A DNA stretch of 32,000 nt from an uncultured Gammaproteobacteria bacterium (GCA_963758145.1 CAVWUK010000003.1:1-32000), one strand, 5' to 3'. Counted from the first letter of the stretch, positions 17,090 to 28,903 are shown. Numbers and translations are program-made. Notes: a model not told the origin generated them from the letters alone.

Positions 17090-17166
17090 TGGTGCGCCCG
17101 GAGAGATTCGAACTCCCGGCCTCCTGGTTCGTAGCCAGGCGCTCTATCCAACTGAGCTACGGGCGC
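17090..17166 (-). tRNA. tRNA-Arg (anticodon ACG)
   Basis: The reverse complement reads GCGCCCGTAGCTCAGTTGGATAGAGCGCCTGGCTACGAACCAGGAGGCCGGGAGTTCGAATCTCTCCGGGCGCACCA. It has a cloverleaf acceptor GCGCCCG/CGGGCGC, anticodon loop CUACGAA and an encoded CCA. Confidence 0.95.
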
Positions 17167-17192
17167 ATATTGAGCAAATCGGTCGCAATCCA

Positions 17193-17211
17193 TGGCGGAG
17201 AGGGAGGGATT
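17193..17211. repeat. 19-bp duplicate of the tRNA-Ser 3' end (att-like direct repeat)
   Basis: TGGCGGAGAGGGAGGGATT is identical to 17351-17369, the 3' terminal part of tRNA-Ser in plus-strand reading. Confidence 0.8.
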
Positions 17212-17350
17212 GCTCGCGGCCTGCCGGCCGCTCGTCCCGGCGTTTTCGCTCGGGACCGCCGTCGCTAATGCTCCGGCGTCATCCCTCCTCCACCGATACA
17301 ATTCCATTGCCATTTAAGCACAGAACCAACTCTGAGCTTTTAGAGCCTAT

Positions 17351-17441
17351 TGGCGGAGAGGGAGGGATTCGAACCCTCGATGGGCTTTTGACCCATACGC
17401 CCTTAGCAGGGGCGCGCCTTCGACCACTCGGCCACCTCTCC
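17351..17441 (-). tRNA. tRNA-Ser (anticodon GCU), long variable arm
   Basis: The reverse complement reads GGAGAGGTGGCCGAGTGGTCGAAGGCGCGCCCCTGCTAAGGGCGTATGGGTCAAAAGCCCATCGAGGGTTCGAATCCCTCCCTCTCCGCCA. Confidence 0.95.
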
Positions 17442-17529
17442 GGATCAGGTAATGAGCCCTAATCAAGGAGCGCGGGATGATACCCGTGTGGAGCAGTCTA
17501 GGTAAAGCTGTGCGGGAATTTAACCGGTT

Positions 17530-17751
17530 TCAATACGCATCATCGGCGATTTGGGCGTCCGCACCGGGCGACTTGCCGTCATGATCCTCTTCGCGCTTGA
17601 TTCGCTCGTAGATCTCTTCGCGGTGAACAGCAACGTCCTTGGGGGCGTTGACTCCTATGCGCACCTGATTGCCCTTCACGCCAAGGACGGTGAACGTGAC
17701 CTCGTTGCCGATCATTACAGTTTCACCGACACGCCTTGTCAAAATCAACAT
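17530..17751 (-). CDS. csrA: Carbon storage regulator CsrA
   Basis: [52 protein letters not shown] is the canonical CsrA sequence. AGGAG lies upstream of the ATG. Confidence 0.95.
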   Translation of the reverse strand: MLILTRRVGETVMIGNEVTFTVLGVKGNQVRIGVNAPKDVAVHREEIYERIKREEDHDGKSPGADAQIADDAY

Positions 17752-17936
17752 GCTGATGCTCCTAAATCTTCCTTCGCAGTTTCAGCGGTGCACCTGATCG
17801 TCGCGGGACCGTTTCGTCGTCAAGCACTTGCTGATGGAAAATGCTCGCGCAAATCACCACGGGAATTCATCGATGCTCAAGAATACAAGAATTGCAGATG
17901 CAAATCTCGCATCCCGCCACAGTATAAACAAACCGT

Positions 17937-20540
17937 TCAATTAGACAGACGGCTTCGCACCAGGGACTCGACTCCCGCCAAAGCCGCGCCGAGATTCTCC
18001 GGCTGAGTCCCGCCGGCTTGTGCGAAGTCCGCACGCCCGCCGCCGCGTCCGCCCACCTGAGCGGCGACCGCGCCGGCGATCTCACCCGCCTTCAGCCGCG
18101 CCACCAAATCGGCTGAAACACCGGCAACCAGCGTCACTTTGCCTTCCTGAACGCTGGCGAGCACGATCACGGAGGAGCCCAGTTTGTGTTTGAGCGCATC
18201 GACCGTATCGCGCAATGCCTTCGCGTCCGCGCTGTCGATCTGTGCAGCTAAAACCTTAACGCCACCCACGGACTTCGCCTGAACGGATAGGTCGCCGCCC
18301 TGTCCGCTCGCGAGCTTCGACTTGAGCTGCTGCACTTCCTTTTCCAGGCGCCGCGCCCGCTCAACGAGTTCGCGCACCTTCTCGTCCACGTCCTCGCGGC
18401 TGGCGCGCACCATGCCGGCGACGTCGCGCAGCGTTTGGTCCGTACGTACCGCCCATTCGTAGGCCGCCTGACCCGTCACCGCTTCAATTCGACGCACTCC
18501 TGCGGCGACGCCGGATTCGCTGATGATCTTGAAAAAGCCGATGTCACCGGCCCTTTGGACGTGGGTACCGCCGCAGAGTTCCATCGAAAATTCGCCGATC
18601 GAGAGAACGCGCACGTCGCTCTCGTATTTTTCGCCGAACAGCGACATCGCACCCGCGGCGACCGCGTCGTCCAACGCCATGACGCGGGTTTCCGCCGCCG
18701 CGTTGCTGCGAATCGCCGCATTGACGAGCTCTTCGATGCGGCGCAGATCCCCCGCGGAGAGCGCTTGACCATGCGAGAAGTCGAAGCGCAGGCGATCCGG
18801 GGCGACCAGCGAGCCCTTTTGCTGGACATGCTTGCCGAGCACTTCACGCAGCGCCGCATGCAACAGGTGAGTCGCGGAGTGATTGAGCGCGATGGCGGTG
18901 CGGCGCTCGCGATCGACTTGCGCCTGCAGCTCGTCCCCGACGCGTATCTCCCCCTTCTCGAGCATGCCGACGTGGGCAATCGATGTGCCGAGCTTCTGCG
19001 TGTCTTTCACGGTGAATCGCGCCGATGACCCGATCAGCGTGCCGGTATCGCCGATCTGACCACCGCTCTCTGCGTAGAATGGCGTGCGATCCAGCACCAC
19101 CTGGCCCTCTTGGCCCTCGCGCAATGCCGCCACCAATTCTCCACCGGCAATCAACGCAGTGACACGACCGGCACCGGCCAGCCTATCGTAGCCTTGGAAA
19201 TCCGTTTTCCCCGACAGCTTGATCGAGTCGCGCAGCTCAGCGCCGAACTTGCTTGCGGCCCGCGCACGTCCGCGCTGCGCCGCCATGGCGGCATCGAAAC
19301 CGGCCTGATCGATCGTGAGGCCCCGCTCGCGAGCCACGTCGGCGGTCAGGTCGAGCGGAAACCCGTAAGTGTCGTACAGGCGAAAGACCGTTTCGCCCGG
19401 GATCATGGATGAGCTTAGTTTGGCGGTCTCGGCATCGAGCAGTGCCATGCCGGTCGCGAGCGTTTCGGCAAACCGACTCTCCTCGAGCGCCAGCGTTTGA
19501 ACGGCGCGCGCTTCGCCTGTGATCAATTCCCCGTAGTAGGCGCCCATCTCTCGCACCAGGGAGGGAACCAGCTTGTGCAAAAAGGGCTGGGTCTGCCCCA
19601 GTTTGTAGCCATGTCGGATCGCGCGCCGAATGATGCGCCGCAGTACGTAGCCCCGACCCTCGTTGGACGGCACGACTCCATCGATGATTAGGAACGTGCT
19701 TGCGCGGATGTGATCGGCAATGACCCGCAGGCTGGAGGAATTGAGGTCCGGCGCACCGGTGAGCTCCGCCGCCGCGCGAATCAACCTCTTGAACAGATCG
19801 ATGTCGTAATTGCTGTGCACGCCCTGCATGACCGCGGCGACGCGCTCCAGCCCCATGCCGGTATCCACCGAAGGTTTGGGCAGGGGTACCAACACACCGT
19901 CCGCCGCGCGATCATACTGCATGAACACCAGATTCCAGATCTCCACATAGCGGTCCCCGTCCTCGTCGGCGGATCCCGGTGGCCCGCCGGCAATCCCGGG
20001 GCCATGATCGTAGAAAATCTCGGTGCAAGGGCCGCAAGGGCCGGTCTCCCCCATGGACCAAAAATTCGATTTTTCGCCCATTCGAGTGCAGCGCGTCGGG
20101 TCGATGCCGATCTCCTCGGTCCAGATGCGTTCGGCTTCGTCGTCCTCGGTGAACACCGTGACCCAGAGCCGATCCTTCTGGATGCCGAGCGCGCCGGTAA
20201 CAAAATTCCAGGCAAAGTGAATCGCCTCGCGCTTGAAGTAGTCGCCAAAGCTGAAATTGCCGAGCATCTCGAAAAACGTATGGTGCCTGGCGGTGTAGCC
20301 GACGTTTTCCAGATCATTGTGCTTGCCCCCGGCGCGCACGCAACGCTGCGCGCTCGCCGCGCGCGTATAGTCGCGAGAATCCCTGCCGAGGAACACGTCC
20401 TTGAACTGCACCATGCCCGCATTGGTAAAGAGCAGCGTCGGATCGTTTCCCGGCACGAGTGAGCTCGACGGCACGATCGTGTGCCCGTTCTTGCGAAAGA
20501 ATTCCAGGAAACTCGCTCGGATCTCCGCACTCGTCATCAT
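17937..20540 (-). CDS. alaS: Alanine--tRNA ligase
   Basis: Full-length AlaS (..[34 protein letters not shown]..). The start is probably ATG 20540 or 20537; the ORF-track start at 20564 adds 8 residues. Confidence 0.97.
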   Translation of the reverse strand: MMTSAEIRASFLEFFRKNGHTIVPSSSLVPGNDPTLLFTNAGMVQFKDVFLGRDSRDYTRAASAQRCVRAGGKHNDLENVGYTARHHTFFEMLGNFSFGDYFKREAIHFAWNFVTGALGIQKDRLWVTVFTEDDEAERIWTEEIGIDPTRCTRMGEKSNFWSMGETGPCGPCTEIFYDHGPGIAGGPPGSADEDGDRYVEIWNLVFMQYDRAADGVLVPLPKPSVDTGMGLERVAAVMQGVHSNYDIDLFKRLIRAAAELTGAPDLNSSSLRVIADHIRASTFLIIDGVVPSNEGRGYVLRRIIRRAIRHGYKLGQTQPFLHKLVPSLVREMGAYYGELITGEARAVQTLALEESRFAETLATGMALLDAETAKLSSSMIPGETVFRLYDTYGFPLDLTADVARERGLTIDQAGFDAAMAAQRGRARAASKFGAELRDSIKLSGKTDFQGYDRLAGAGRVTALIAGGELVAALREGQEGQVVLDRTPFYAESGGQIGDTGTLIGSSARFTVKDTQKLGTSIAHVGMLEKGEIRVGDELQAQVDRERRTAIALNHSATHLLHAALREVLGKHVQQKGSLVAPDRLRFDFSHGQALSAGDLRRIEELVNAAIRSNAAAETRVMALDDAVAAGAMSLFGEKYESDVRVLSIGEFSMELCGGTHVQRAGDIGFFKIISESGVAAGVRRIEAVTGQAAYEWAVRTDQTLRDVAGMVRASREDVDEKVRELVERARRLEKEVQQLKSKLASGQGGDLSVQAKSVGGVKVLAAQIDSADAKALRDTVDALKHKLGSSVIVLASVQEGKVTLVAGVSADLVARLKAGEIAGAVAAQVGGRGGGRADFAQAGGTQPENLGAALAGVESLVRSRLSN

Positions 20541-20571
20541 TTTCAATTTGGCGTCGCGTTTCATAGGTTAC

Positions 20572-20988
20572 TTAATCTGCATCACGGTCGGTGTCAAAGC
20601 CCAAAGCCATGCGAATCTGCGCGCTGGTGAAGCCACGGTAGCCGAGAAATCGAGCCTGGCGCTGTCGATCAGGGTAATTGGTCGGCATCGAAGTGCCAAA
20701 CTTCTTTTCCCGGGCCCTGCGCAACTGCATGACCCAATCGGGATAGGCGCCAATACTCGCCTCCACCGCCTCGTCATGCATTCCGAGCTTGCGCAGATCG
20801 GCGCGCACACGCTCGGGCCCCTGGCCGCGCACCGCGCGAAAGGCCACGAAGTTCTCCAGGAAACGCCGATCATCCAGCAATTTGTCGGCGAAAAGACGCT
20901 CTATCAGCAGACCCACGATGGCCGAATCGTAGCCTTTATCGATCAATTTGCGGCGCAATTCCTCCGACCCATGGTCGCGTCGCGCCAA
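20572..20988 (-). CDS. recX: Recombination regulator RecX (true N-terminus probably further upstream, up to 21051)
   Basis: [20 protein letters not shown].. with three-helix repeats is typical of RecX. Homology to the RecX N-terminus continues upstream of the TTG at 20988. Confidence 0.85.
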   Translation of the reverse strand: MARRDHGSEELRRKLIDKGYDSAIVGLLIERLFADKLLDDRRFLENFVAFRAVRGQGPERVRADLRKLGMHDEAVEASIGAYPDWVMQLRRAREKKFGTSMPTNYPDRQRQARFLGYRGFTSAQIRMALGFDTDRDAD

Positions 20989-21054
20989 CGCGTCGAGCGC
21001 CGCGACCCGAGCCGCGCGCGCATCGAGAGGCTCTACCTCGCGGCGCCGCAGGTG

Positions 21055-22086
21055 CTAGGCCTCTTTGGCGTCGCCACCGCGATTCATGGTCGCCTTCTCC
21101 GGAATCAACTTGGCGCGAATTTGGTCTTCGATGTCCTTCGCCGTCTCCGGATGTTGCTGCAGGAAGTTGCGCGCATTGTCCTTGCCCTGTCCGATGCGTT
21201 CGCCCTTGTAGCTGTACCAAGAGCCGGACTTTTCCACCAAATTGTGCAGCACGCCCAGCTCGACGAGTTCGCCTTCCTTGGAGATCCCGGTGCCGTACAT
21301 GATCTCGAACTCGGCCTCGCGGAACGGCGGCGCCACCTTGTTCTTGACGACTTTGACGCGAGTCAGCGATCCGACCACTTCCTCGCCGCTCTTGATCGAG
21401 CCGATGCGACGAATGTCCAGGCGCACGGAGGAATAGAATTTCAACGCATTGCCGCCGGTGGTGGTTTCGGGGCTGCCGAACATGACGCCGATCTTCATGC
21501 GGATCTGATTGATGAAAATCACGATGGTGTTCGAGCGCTTGATGTTGCCGGTCAGCTTGCGCAGCGCCTGGGACATCAGGCGCGCCTGTAAGCCCATGTG
21601 CTGATCGCCCATCTCGCCCTCGATTTCCGCCTTTGGCGTGAGCGCAGCCACCGAGTCGACCACGACCACGTCGACGGCGCCCGAGCGCACCAGCATGTCG
21701 GTGATTTCGAGCGCCTGCTCACCCGTGTCCGGCTGCGATACGAGCAAATCATTGACCTTGACGCCGAGCTTCTCCGCGTACACGGGGTCGAGCGCATGTT
21801 CGGCATCGACGAACGCCGCGGTGCCGCCTTGCTTCTGCACCGAGGCGATGATCGCCAACGTCATGGTTGTTTTGCCCGACGACTCGGGTCCGAATATCTC
21901 GATGACGCGTCCGCGGGGTATGCCGCCGACGCCGAGGGCAATATCGAGACCCAGCGAACCGGTGGGAATGGAGTCCACCTCGTAGGTTGCGGCGGCGTCG
22001 CCCAAGCGCATCACCGAGCCCTTGCCAAATTGCTTTTCGATCTGGCTCAACGCGGCTGCGAGAGCTTTCTTGCGATTCTCTTCCAT
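21055..22086 (-). CDS. recA: Recombinase RecA
   Basis: [40 protein letters not shown]-type Walker A ([13 protein letters not shown]). AAGGA lies 9 nt upstream of ATG 22086. Confidence 0.97.
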   Translation of the reverse strand: MEENRKKALAAALSQIEKQFGKGSVMRLGDAAATYEVDSIPTGSLGLDIALGVGGIPRGRVIEIFGPESSGKTTMTLAIIASVQKQGGTAAFVDAEHALDPVYAEKLGVKVNDLLVSQPDTGEQALEITDMLVRSGAVDVVVVDSVAALTPKAEIEGEMGDQHMGLQARLMSQALRKLTGNIKRSNTIVIFINQIRMKIGVMFGSPETTTGGNALKFYSSVRLDIRRIGSIKSGEEVVGSLTRVKVVKNKVAPPFREAEFEIMYGTGISKEGELVELGVLHNLVEKSGSWYSYKGERIGQGKDNARNFLQQHPETAKDIEDQIRAKLIPEKATMNRGGDAKEA

Positions 22087-22174
22087 TGGTGGAGTCCTTA
22101 ACAAATTGTGGCGCCATTATTTCATATTCGGCGCCCGACACTCATCTCATATGCGTCGAAATGATGGAGTTTGT

Positions 22175-22726
22175 CTAAGGTTTTTCGCACTCATCCAGTA
22201 GTGACCATGTGTTCAATACTGTATAGGTGCGCTGAGCGCCGTCCCTGCTCGATTGCATCAGGCTGAATGATTGCGCCTTCCAGACGAATGCAGACATTGC
22301 TTGCAACACAGGCGCTTGCGACACCTTTCTCGCAATCGTTACATGCGGCCGCAGCATCTCCGGTTTTCGCGCCAACTGGCGGCTCGCCAGGCCGGCGTGA
22401 ATCCGCTCCCATAAGCCCCTCAGTGCGAAAGGAATTTCTCGTGCAGCCGCCACCAGCACCGCGGCCTCCGGCCAGTATTCGTACGCGTCGAACCGCACGG
22501 TGAACCCACAGGCGCGCTGCGAGTCGCCGATTTCACGCACGGTCGCGAGCTGCGACGCCGCGACCTCGCCGACGAATGCGAGGGTCATATGATAGTTTTC
22601 AGGCCGCACCAGCGCGGTCTTTGCGCCGTGCGGCAGCCGACGCGCGGCAGCCGCGATGCCGTTACGCACCTCGACAGCGGGCAATACGGCAAAAAACAAA
22701 CGCACGATGCATCCTTCGCCGGGCAT
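22175..22726 (-). CDS. thpR: RNA 2',3'-cyclic phosphodiesterase (2H family, ThpR/LigT)
   Basis: RLFFAV.., HMTLAFVG and HVTIAR give the two H-x-T/S-x motifs. The start was chosen at ATG 22726; the longer ORF-track start overlaps pncC. Confidence 0.8.
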   Translation of the reverse strand: MPGEGCIVRLFFAVLPAVEVRNGIAAAARRLPHGAKTALVRPENYHMTLAFVGEVAASQLATVREIGDSQRACGFTVRFDAYEYWPEAAVLVAAAREIPFALRGLWERIHAGLASRQLARKPEMLRPHVTIARKVSQAPVLQAMSAFVWKAQSFSLMQSSRDGAQRTYTVLNTWSLLDECEKP

Positions 22727-22736
22727 CGCCCGAGGG

Positions 22737-23267
22737 TCAGCGCTCGAGCAATCCCTTGAGGGCGAGGCGCACAGTTTTCCGCCGTACGGTCTCGCGGTCG
22801 CCACGCAAGCGCTTGCACTGCGCGATCGATCGAATGCCGCGTCCCCGCCGCTCGGCCCAGCACAGCCACACCGTTCCGACCGGTTTGCCCGGCACCGCAC
22901 CATCGGGACCGGCAATACCGGTGACCGCCACCGCCAATTGCGCTCCCGTGCGGCGCAAGGCTCCGCCGGCCATTGCGCGCGCAACGGCCCGGCTCACCGC
23001 ACCATCGCGTGCGATCAGGGAACGCGGCACCCCGAGCCTGCGTATTTTGGCATCGTTGCTGTAGGTGACGAATCCTTCGCAAAACCATTGCGAGCTGCCG
23101 GCGACGTCGGTGAGCGCCTTGGCGATCCAACCGCCGGTGCACGACTCCGCCGTGCACACATAGCGCCCTGAATCCTTCAAATGTCGTCCCGCCCGAGCGG
23201 CGAGGCGCGAGAGTTCCTGGTCGTCGATCTTCAATGGCCGCTCCTGTGCTCGAATTTCTGATAGCAA
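22737..23267 (-). CDS. pncC: Nicotinamide-nucleotide amidohydrolase PncC (CinA C-terminal domain family)
   Basis: [46 protein letters not shown] is diagnostic of CinA/PncC. Confidence 0.85.
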   Translation of the reverse strand: MLSEIRAQERPLKIDDQELSRLAARAGRHLKDSGRYVCTAESCTGGWIAKALTDVAGSSQWFCEGFVTYSNDAKIRRLGVPRSLIARDGAVSRAVARAMAGGALRRTGAQLAVAVTGIAGPDGAVPGKPVGTVWLCWAERRGRGIRSIAQCKRLRGDRETVRRKTVRLALKGLLER

Positions 23268-23350
23268 GAACGGCCGCGACAGTCAATGATCCGGCTATCG
23301 GCAAGCGGCGATCCACATTGGGCGTGCGGTTCGGATTCCAGACGTGGACA

Positions 23351-26008
23351 ATGGACCGGATGAACACCGAGGCACCCTCCGAAGGCTTGCGCCAAGGCAG
23401 TCTCCTGCAGGACCACACCCCCATGATGCAGCAGTACCTGCGCATCAAGGCGCAGCATCCGAATGTCCTGCTGTTCTATCGCATGGGCGATTTCTATGAA
23501 ATGTTCTACGACGATGCGCGCCGCGCGGCCCAACTGCTCGACATCGCGCTGACCCAGCGCGGCGCCTCCGCCGGCGCGCCGATCCCCATGGCCGGTGTGC
23601 CGGCGGTCACTCTCGACGCCTACCTGGCGCGCCTGGTGCGCAAAGGCGAATCGGTCGCCATATGCGAGCAGCGCGGCGAACCCGGCAAAGCCAAGGGTCC
23701 GATGGAGCGGGAAGTGGTGCGCATCGTCACGCCCGGGACGGTCACGGACGAGGCGCTCCTCGATGAACGCCGCGACAACGTGCTCGCCAGCGTTTGCGGT
23801 TCGAACGGGCGCTATGGCCTCGCGTGGCTCGACCTGTCGGCCGGCCGCTTCAGCCTGATGGAGCTCGAGGACGGTGCGGCGCTCGATACGGAACTCGAAC
23901 GGCTGCGTCCCGCGGAGTTGCTGGCCCCCGACGGCTGGCAGCCGCCGGCTGCGACCGAGCCGCCCGCGCACGGCCGGCCGTGGAAGCTGCGCGCGCCGTG
24001 GCATTTCGACTCCGAGTCGGCGATGCGCTCGCTGTGCGAACAGTTTCATACCCGCGGCTTGGCCGGTTTCGGCTGCGCCGACAAGCCGTTGGGCGTGGGC
24101 GCGGCAGGCGCGCTCCTCGCCTATGTGCGCGAGACGCAAAAGGCGGCGCTGCCGCACCTGCTGTCGCTCACCACCGAGGAGCACGACGGCGCCTTGATCA
24201 TGGATCCGGCCACCCGCCGCAATCTTGAGTTGGACGAAAGCCTGGCGGGCAGGCCGGAGCTGACCCTCGCCGGGGTATTCGACCACACCGCCACCCCGAT
24301 GGGAGCGCGCATGTTGCGGCGCTGGATGCACCGGCCGCTGCGCGACCGCGATACGCTTCGCTCCCGCTATCATGCGGTTGCCACGCTCCTCGAAGCTTCC
24401 CGCCATGCGGCGCTCGCCGAATCGCTGCAGGGTGTCGGGGACCTGGAGCGCATATCGGCCCGGATCGCGCTGCGTTCGGCGCGCCCCCGGGACCTTGCGC
24501 AGCTGCGCGCCGCGCTCGCCGTGTTGCCGACCCTGCGGGAGTGGCTGCTCACCGTGCAAACGGCGACGCCGTCACCGCTGATCGAGCGGCTGCTCGGCGA
24601 GTTCAACGATCACCGCGCCGAACACGCGGTGCTGGTCCGGGCCGTGGTCGATTCCCCACCGCATTTTTTGCGCGACGGCGGCGTGATCGCCCCGGGCTAC
24701 GACGCCGAACTCGACGAGCTGCGCTTGCTGGGAAGCGACACCGAGCAATTCATGCTGGATCTCGAACGAAGGGAACGCGAGCGCAGCGGCCTCTCCAGCC
24801 TGAAGCTGGGCTTCAACCGCGTGCAGGGATTTTTCATCGAAATCAGCCGCGCCCAAGCAGGGGCGGTGCCGAAGGACTACCAGCGCCGCCAAACCGTGAA
24901 ATCCGCCGAACGATTCATCACGCCCGAACTGAAGTCCTTCGAGGACAAGGTCTTGGGCGCCCGCGACCGCGCGCTCGCGCGCGAACGGGAGCTCTACGAC
25001 GGGTTGATCGATCTGCTGACGGCGAGCTTGCCGGCGCTGCAACGAACCACTTCGAGCATCGCGCAGCTCGATGTGCTGGCATGCTTTGCGGAACGCGCAG
25101 CCGCTCTCGATTGCGTGGAGCCGGAGCTGATCGATGAACCGATGCTGCGCATCGACGGCGGCCGGCACCCGGTGGTCGAGCGCGCCAGCCGGGAACCCTT
25201 TATTCCGAACGACGTTCGCTTGGATGAGGCGCGCCGCATGTTGATCATTACCGGCCCGAACATGGGCGGCAAAAGCACCTACATGCGCCAGACAGCCCTG
25301 ATCGCCATCCTGGCGCACATGGGCTGCTTCGTTCCGGCGAAGCGCGCGGTCTTGGGACCCCTCGATCGCATATTTACCCGCATCGGGGCCTCGGACGATT
25401 TGGCGGGCGGCCGGTCCACTTTCATGCTTGAAATGACCGAGACGGCGAATATCCTGCATAACGCCACCGACAGGAGCCTGGTTTTGATGGACGAGGTGGG
25501 TCGCGGCACCAGCACCTTCGACGGACTCTCGCTGGCCTTTGCATGCGCCGCCTTCATTGCATCCAAAATCCGCGCCTTTACGCTATTTGCGACTCACTAC
25601 TTCGAGCTGACCAGTCTTGCGAGCGAGGCACCCGGCGTGGTCAATGTGCATGTGCAGGCGGTCGAACACGGCGACGCGCTCGTGTTCTTGCACAGCGTCA
25701 AGGAGGGACCCGCCAACCAGAGCTACGGTTTGCAGGTTGCCGCGCTCGCAGGAATTCCCAAATCGGTCATCGCGGCGGCGCGGCGCTATTTGACGGAACT
25801 CGAGCGCGAACGCGACGCCCTGCGCAACTCGGTCTCGCCGCAGACCGAACTGCCGCTCATCGTTGCGCAGCCCGGCGCAGCGGGGCCCTCGCGATCAGCC
25901 GTCCTCGATGCCTTGCGCGCCATGGATCCAAACACCTTGAGTCCGCGCGAGGCGCTCGACTCGCTGTTTCGCCTGCAACAATTGGACAGCGAGGAACGCG
26001 AGGAATAA
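23351..26008 (+). CDS. mutS: DNA mismatch repair protein MutS
   Basis: [35 protein letters not shown], Walker [14 protein letters not shown] and [12 protein letters not shown] are present. The start was taken at ATG 23351 (or 23360). Confidence 0.97.
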   Translation: MDRMNTEAPSEGLRQGSLLQDHTPMMQQYLRIKAQHPNVLLFYRMGDFYEMFYDDARRAAQLLDIALTQRGASAGAPIPMAGVPAVTLDAYLARLVRKGESVAICEQRGEPGKAKGPMEREVVRIVTPGTVTDEALLDERRDNVLASVCGSNGRYGLAWLDLSAGRFSLMELEDGAALDTELERLRPAELLAPDGWQPPAATEPPAHGRPWKLRAPWHFDSESAMRSLCEQFHTRGLAGFGCADKPLGVGAAGALLAYVRETQKAALPHLLSLTTEEHDGALIMDPATRRNLELDESLAGRPELTLAGVFDHTATPMGARMLRRWMHRPLRDRDTLRSRYHAVATLLEASRHAALAESLQGVGDLERISARIALRSARPRDLAQLRAALAVLPTLREWLLTVQTATPSPLIERLLGEFNDHRAEHAVLVRAVVDSPPHFLRDGGVIAPGYDAELDELRLLGSDTEQFMLDLERRERERSGLSSLKLGFNRVQGFFIEISRAQAGAVPKDYQRRQTVKSAERFITPELKSFEDKVLGARDRALARERELYDGLIDLLTASLPALQRTTSSIAQLDVLACFAERAAALDCVEPELIDEPMLRIDGGRHPVVERASREPFIPNDVRLDEARRMLIITGPNMGGKSTYMRQTALIAILAHMGCFVPAKRAVLGPLDRIFTRIGASDDLAGGRSTFMLEMTETANILHNATDRSLVLMDEVGRGTSTFDGLSLAFACAAFIASKIRAFTLFATHYFELTSLASEAPGVVNVHVQAVEHGDALVFLHSVKEGPANQSYGLQVAALAGIPKSVIAAARRYLTELERERDALRNSVSPQTELPLIVAQPGAAGPSRSAVLDALRAMDPNTLSPREALDSLFRLQQLDSEEREE

Positions 26009-26019
26009 GGCGTCGACAT

Positions 26020-26679
26020 TCACGGCCCGAATTGCCCGTCGTGCAGGAAAGCCGCCGTATGCCGCGCCACCCTCGCGGACAGCATCATGCCGCTGTGCGA
26101 AACGGGCAACGTCAATTGCGCCTTGGCGCCGCAGAGGCGCGTCTCCTCAACCAACACCGTGCCGTCGCTCGGCGCATTCAGCGGCCCGAGCAGTTGGCCG
26201 AAGCCTAGCGCCAGATCCCCTGCGATGACGCCCAACTCGCGCGCACCGTTCCAACGGCTCTCGTGCGGGGTCAGCAGCGCCTCACGGGCCGTCAACCCCA
26301 TGATGCGCTTGCCGAACGGCAGCCGCGCCAGGCGCTGCGCGGCAAGGCTGCCGCGCACCGGCGAGCCGAGCAGCACGATACGCCCCGGCGGCAATGGGCT
26401 GCGGTCACTCTGCATGCCGTCCGCCGACAATTCGTTCGAGAAGAATTTCAAGATCACCGGACCGCCCATGCTATGGCCGACCAAGTGCAGCGTGTCGCAG
26501 CGCAATCCGGCCAAGAACTGCGCGAGGGCATGAGCGTTGGCGGCGAGATCCGCCGTCACGGAGGGATAGCGAAACACGCGCGCCTCGCATCCCATCTGCT
26601 GCGACAAGCGGCGGCGCAGCAAGAGTGCCTCCCAACCGTGGAGCCATAACCCATGCACGTAAACCACATGGCCGCTCAT
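26020..26679 (-). CDS. Alpha/beta-fold hydrolase
   Basis: VVYVHGLW.. and the nucleophile elbow GHSMGG. The start was taken at ATG 26679. Confidence 0.7.
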   Translation of the reverse strand: MSGHVVYVHGLWLHGWEALLLRRRLSQQMGCEARVFRYPSVTADLAANAHALAQFLAGLRCDTLHLVGHSMGGPVILKFFSNELSADGMQSDRSPLPPGRIVLLGSPVRGSLAAQRLARLPFGKRIMGLTAREALLTPHESRWNGARELGVIAGDLALGFGQLLGPLNAPSDGTVLVEETRLCGAKAQLTLPVSHSGMMLSARVARHTAAFLHDGQFGP

Positions 26680-26683
26680 CCGA

Positions 26684-27118
26684 TCATCCGCCTTGATGCA
26701 GGCGCTCGATGACGGCCCGGTTGGTGCTCGATGATGCCAGTTCGATCGCCTCGGCCGCCGGCAGCCAACGATACTGAGTGTGCTCATGCTCGCTCATGGC
26801 GACGGGCACCCGCTGCGCGAGTTCCAGGGCAAAGGCATGCTCCAGGTTGCGCGTGACGCCCGGTGCGTACTTTTTGCCGAACGAGGGCAGAATGTCGTAT
26901 TCCTGCGACCAATGCAGATTGCGCATCGCTCCCTGCGTGATGCCGGTTTCTTCCTTGATCTCGCGGCATGCCGCCGCATCGGCCGACTCGCCCCATTCAA
27001 GGCTGCCGGTGACCGATTGCCAGAATCCGGGCGGCTTGCGCCGTTCCAGCAGCAGAAACTCGCCGCCGGCGGTGTAAATCACGATCAAAACCGATTCCGG
27101 GCGTCGAAACGGCTGCAA
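26684..27118 (-). CDS. nudB: Nudix hydrolase, dihydroneopterin triphosphate diphosphatase-like
   Basis: Nudix box GSLEWGESADAAACREIKEETGI with GFWQSVTG. It lies directly downstream of aspS, as nudB does in E. coli. Confidence 0.7.
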   Translation of the reverse strand: MQPFRRPESVLIVIYTAGGEFLLLERRKPPGFWQSVTGSLEWGESADAAACREIKEETGITQGAMRNLHWSQEYDILPSFGKKYAPGVTRNLEHAFALELAQRVPVAMSEHEHTQYRWLPAAEAIELASSSTNRAVIERLHQGG

Positions 27119-27126
27119 GCGGGGGC

Positions 27127-28902
27127 CTAATCCACTTTGGGCGGTACGCGCACGCGAATGTGCAATTCCTTCAGCTGCGCCTCGCTCACCTCGGTGGGCG
27201 CATCCATCAATGGGTCCGCGGCGGTCTGGGTCTTCGGGAACGCAATGACGTCTCGAATACTCTCCGCGCCGGCCATGAGCATCGCCAGCCGGTCCAGCCC
27301 AAAAGCGATTCCGCCGTGGGGCGGCGCGCCGAACTTGAGCGCATCCAGCAAAAAGCCGAACTTGAGGCGCGCTTCATCGGGCGAAATGCCCAATAAGTCG
27401 AACACGACGGACTGCAGATCCTGGTGGTGAATGCGCACAGAACCGCCGCCGATCTCCGATCCGTTGAGCACCAGGTCGTATGCCTTCGCGATCGCGTCCC
27501 CGGGACTCGCGGCGAGCGCGGCATAGTCCAGGTTCACCGGACTGGTGAACGGGTGGTGCATGGCGGCCCAGCGCTTGGCGCCCTCATCCCACTCGAACAT
27601 CGGAAAATCGACCACCCAAAGCGGTCGCCAGCCCGGCGTCGCCAGTTTGAGATCCTGTGCGACCTTCAGGCGCAGCGCCCCGAGCGCATCGTTCACCACC
27701 TTGGCCGTATCGGCACCGAAGAAAATCAAATCGCCGTCCCCCGCCGCCGTGCGCTCGAGAATTCCCGCAATGGCCGCATCGCTCAAGAATTTCAAAATCG
27801 GCGCCTGCAGTCCGTCGCGTCCCTTGGCGGCCTCATTCACTTTGATGTACGCCAGCCCCTTGGCGCCGAAACGCGCGACGTACGCCGTGTAGTCATCGAT
27901 TTCCTTGCGGGTGAGCTTCCCGCCCTGCGGCACACGCAGCGCCGCCACGCGGCCGCCGGGGTTTGCGGCGGGTGTGGCGAACACCTTGAAGTCGCAGTCC
28001 CGCACCAGATCGGCCACATCGACCAATTCCAGCGGCACCCGCAAGTCCGGCTTGTCCGATCCAAAGCGGCGCATCGCCTCCGCATACGACATGCGCGGCA
28101 GCGGGTTCGGCAGCTCCACGCCGAGCACTTGAGCGAACAGGAACCGCACCAGGCCTTCCATCAGCTCTTGAATCTGCGCCTGATCGAGAAACGAGGTCTC
28201 GATGTCGAGCTGCGTGAACTCGGGCTGCCGATCGGCGCGCAAATCCTCGTCGCGGAAACAGCGCACGATCTGGTAGTAGCGGTCAAAGCCCGCAATCATC
28301 AGCAGCTGCTTGTAGATCTGCGGCGACTGGGGCAACGCGAAGAACTTGCCCGGATGCGTGCGGCTCGGCACCAGGTAATCGCGCGCGCCTTCCGGAGTCG
28401 CCTTGGACAGCATCGGCGTTTCAATATCGATGAACCCCGCATCGTCCAGATAATGGCGCATGGCACGCGTAATGCGATGGCGCAGCAGCAGCCGCTCGCG
28501 CATTTGTTCGCGGCGCAGGTCGAGATAGCGGAAGCGCAGCCTTACCTCTTCGCTCACGAATTCATCGAGCTGGAAGGGCAGCGGCTCGCAGCGGTTGAGA
28601 ATTTCCAGGCTTTGGCACAGCAGTTCGACCTGCCCCGATTTCAAATGCGCGTTGGCGGTTCCGTTCGGCCGCAGGCGCACCAAGCCCGTGACTTTGAGCA
28701 CGTACTCATTGCGCACGCGCTCCGCCAACGCAAACACATCGGCGGCATCCGGATCGAACACGATCTGCAGCAGCCCCTCACGGTCGCGCAGATCGACGAA
28801 GATGACGCCTCCGTGGTCGCGGCGCCGATGGGCCCATCCGGCCACCGTGACGATGCTGCCGACCGAGGATTCGCCGACCTGGCCGCAGTAGTGAGTGCGC
28901 AC
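27127..28902 (-). CDS. aspS: Aspartate--tRNA ligase
   Basis: Full-length class II AspRS ([43 protein letters not shown]..). GTG start lies 1 nt after the upstream stop. Confidence 0.97.
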   Translation of the reverse strand: MRTHYCGQVGESSVGSIVTVAGWAHRRRDHGGVIFVDLRDREGLLQIVFDPDAADVFALAERVRNEYVLKVTGLVRLRPNGTANAHLKSGQVELLCQSLEILNRCEPLPFQLDEFVSEEVRLRFRYLDLRREQMRERLLLRHRITRAMRHYLDDAGFIDIETPMLSKATPEGARDYLVPSRTHPGKFFALPQSPQIYKQLLMIAGFDRYYQIVRCFRDEDLRADRQPEFTQLDIETSFLDQAQIQELMEGLVRFLFAQVLGVELPNPLPRMSYAEAMRRFGSDKPDLRVPLELVDVADLVRDCDFKVFATPAANPGGRVAALRVPQGGKLTRKEIDDYTAYVARFGAKGLAYIKVNEAAKGRDGLQAPILKFLSDAAIAGILERTAAGDGDLIFFGADTAKVVNDALGALRLKVAQDLKLATPGWRPLWVVDFPMFEWDEGAKRWAAMHHPFTSPVNLDYAALAASPGDAIAKAYDLVLNGSEIGGGSVRIHHQDLQSVVFDLLGISPDEARLKFGFLLDALKFGAPPHGGIAFGLDRLAMLMAGAESIRDVIAFPKTQTAADPLMDAPTEVSEAQLKELHIRVRVPPKVD

Positions 28903-28903
28903 G

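Noticed and set aside
20401-21591. 396-aa plus-strand ORF spanning alaS, recX and recA
   Set aside because: It is antisense to three well-supported genes and is a shadow ORF.
22175-22984. Long 269-aa version of the thpR ORF and the 287-aa ORF 22585-23448
   Set aside because: The N-terminal extensions overlap pncC in other frames and are Arg-rich. 2H phosphoesterase homology begins at the internal ATG 22726.
23231-24559. 442-aa minus-strand ORF
   Set aside because: It is entirely antisense to mutS and has Arg/Ala/Gly-rich composition typical of shadow ORFs in GC-rich genes.
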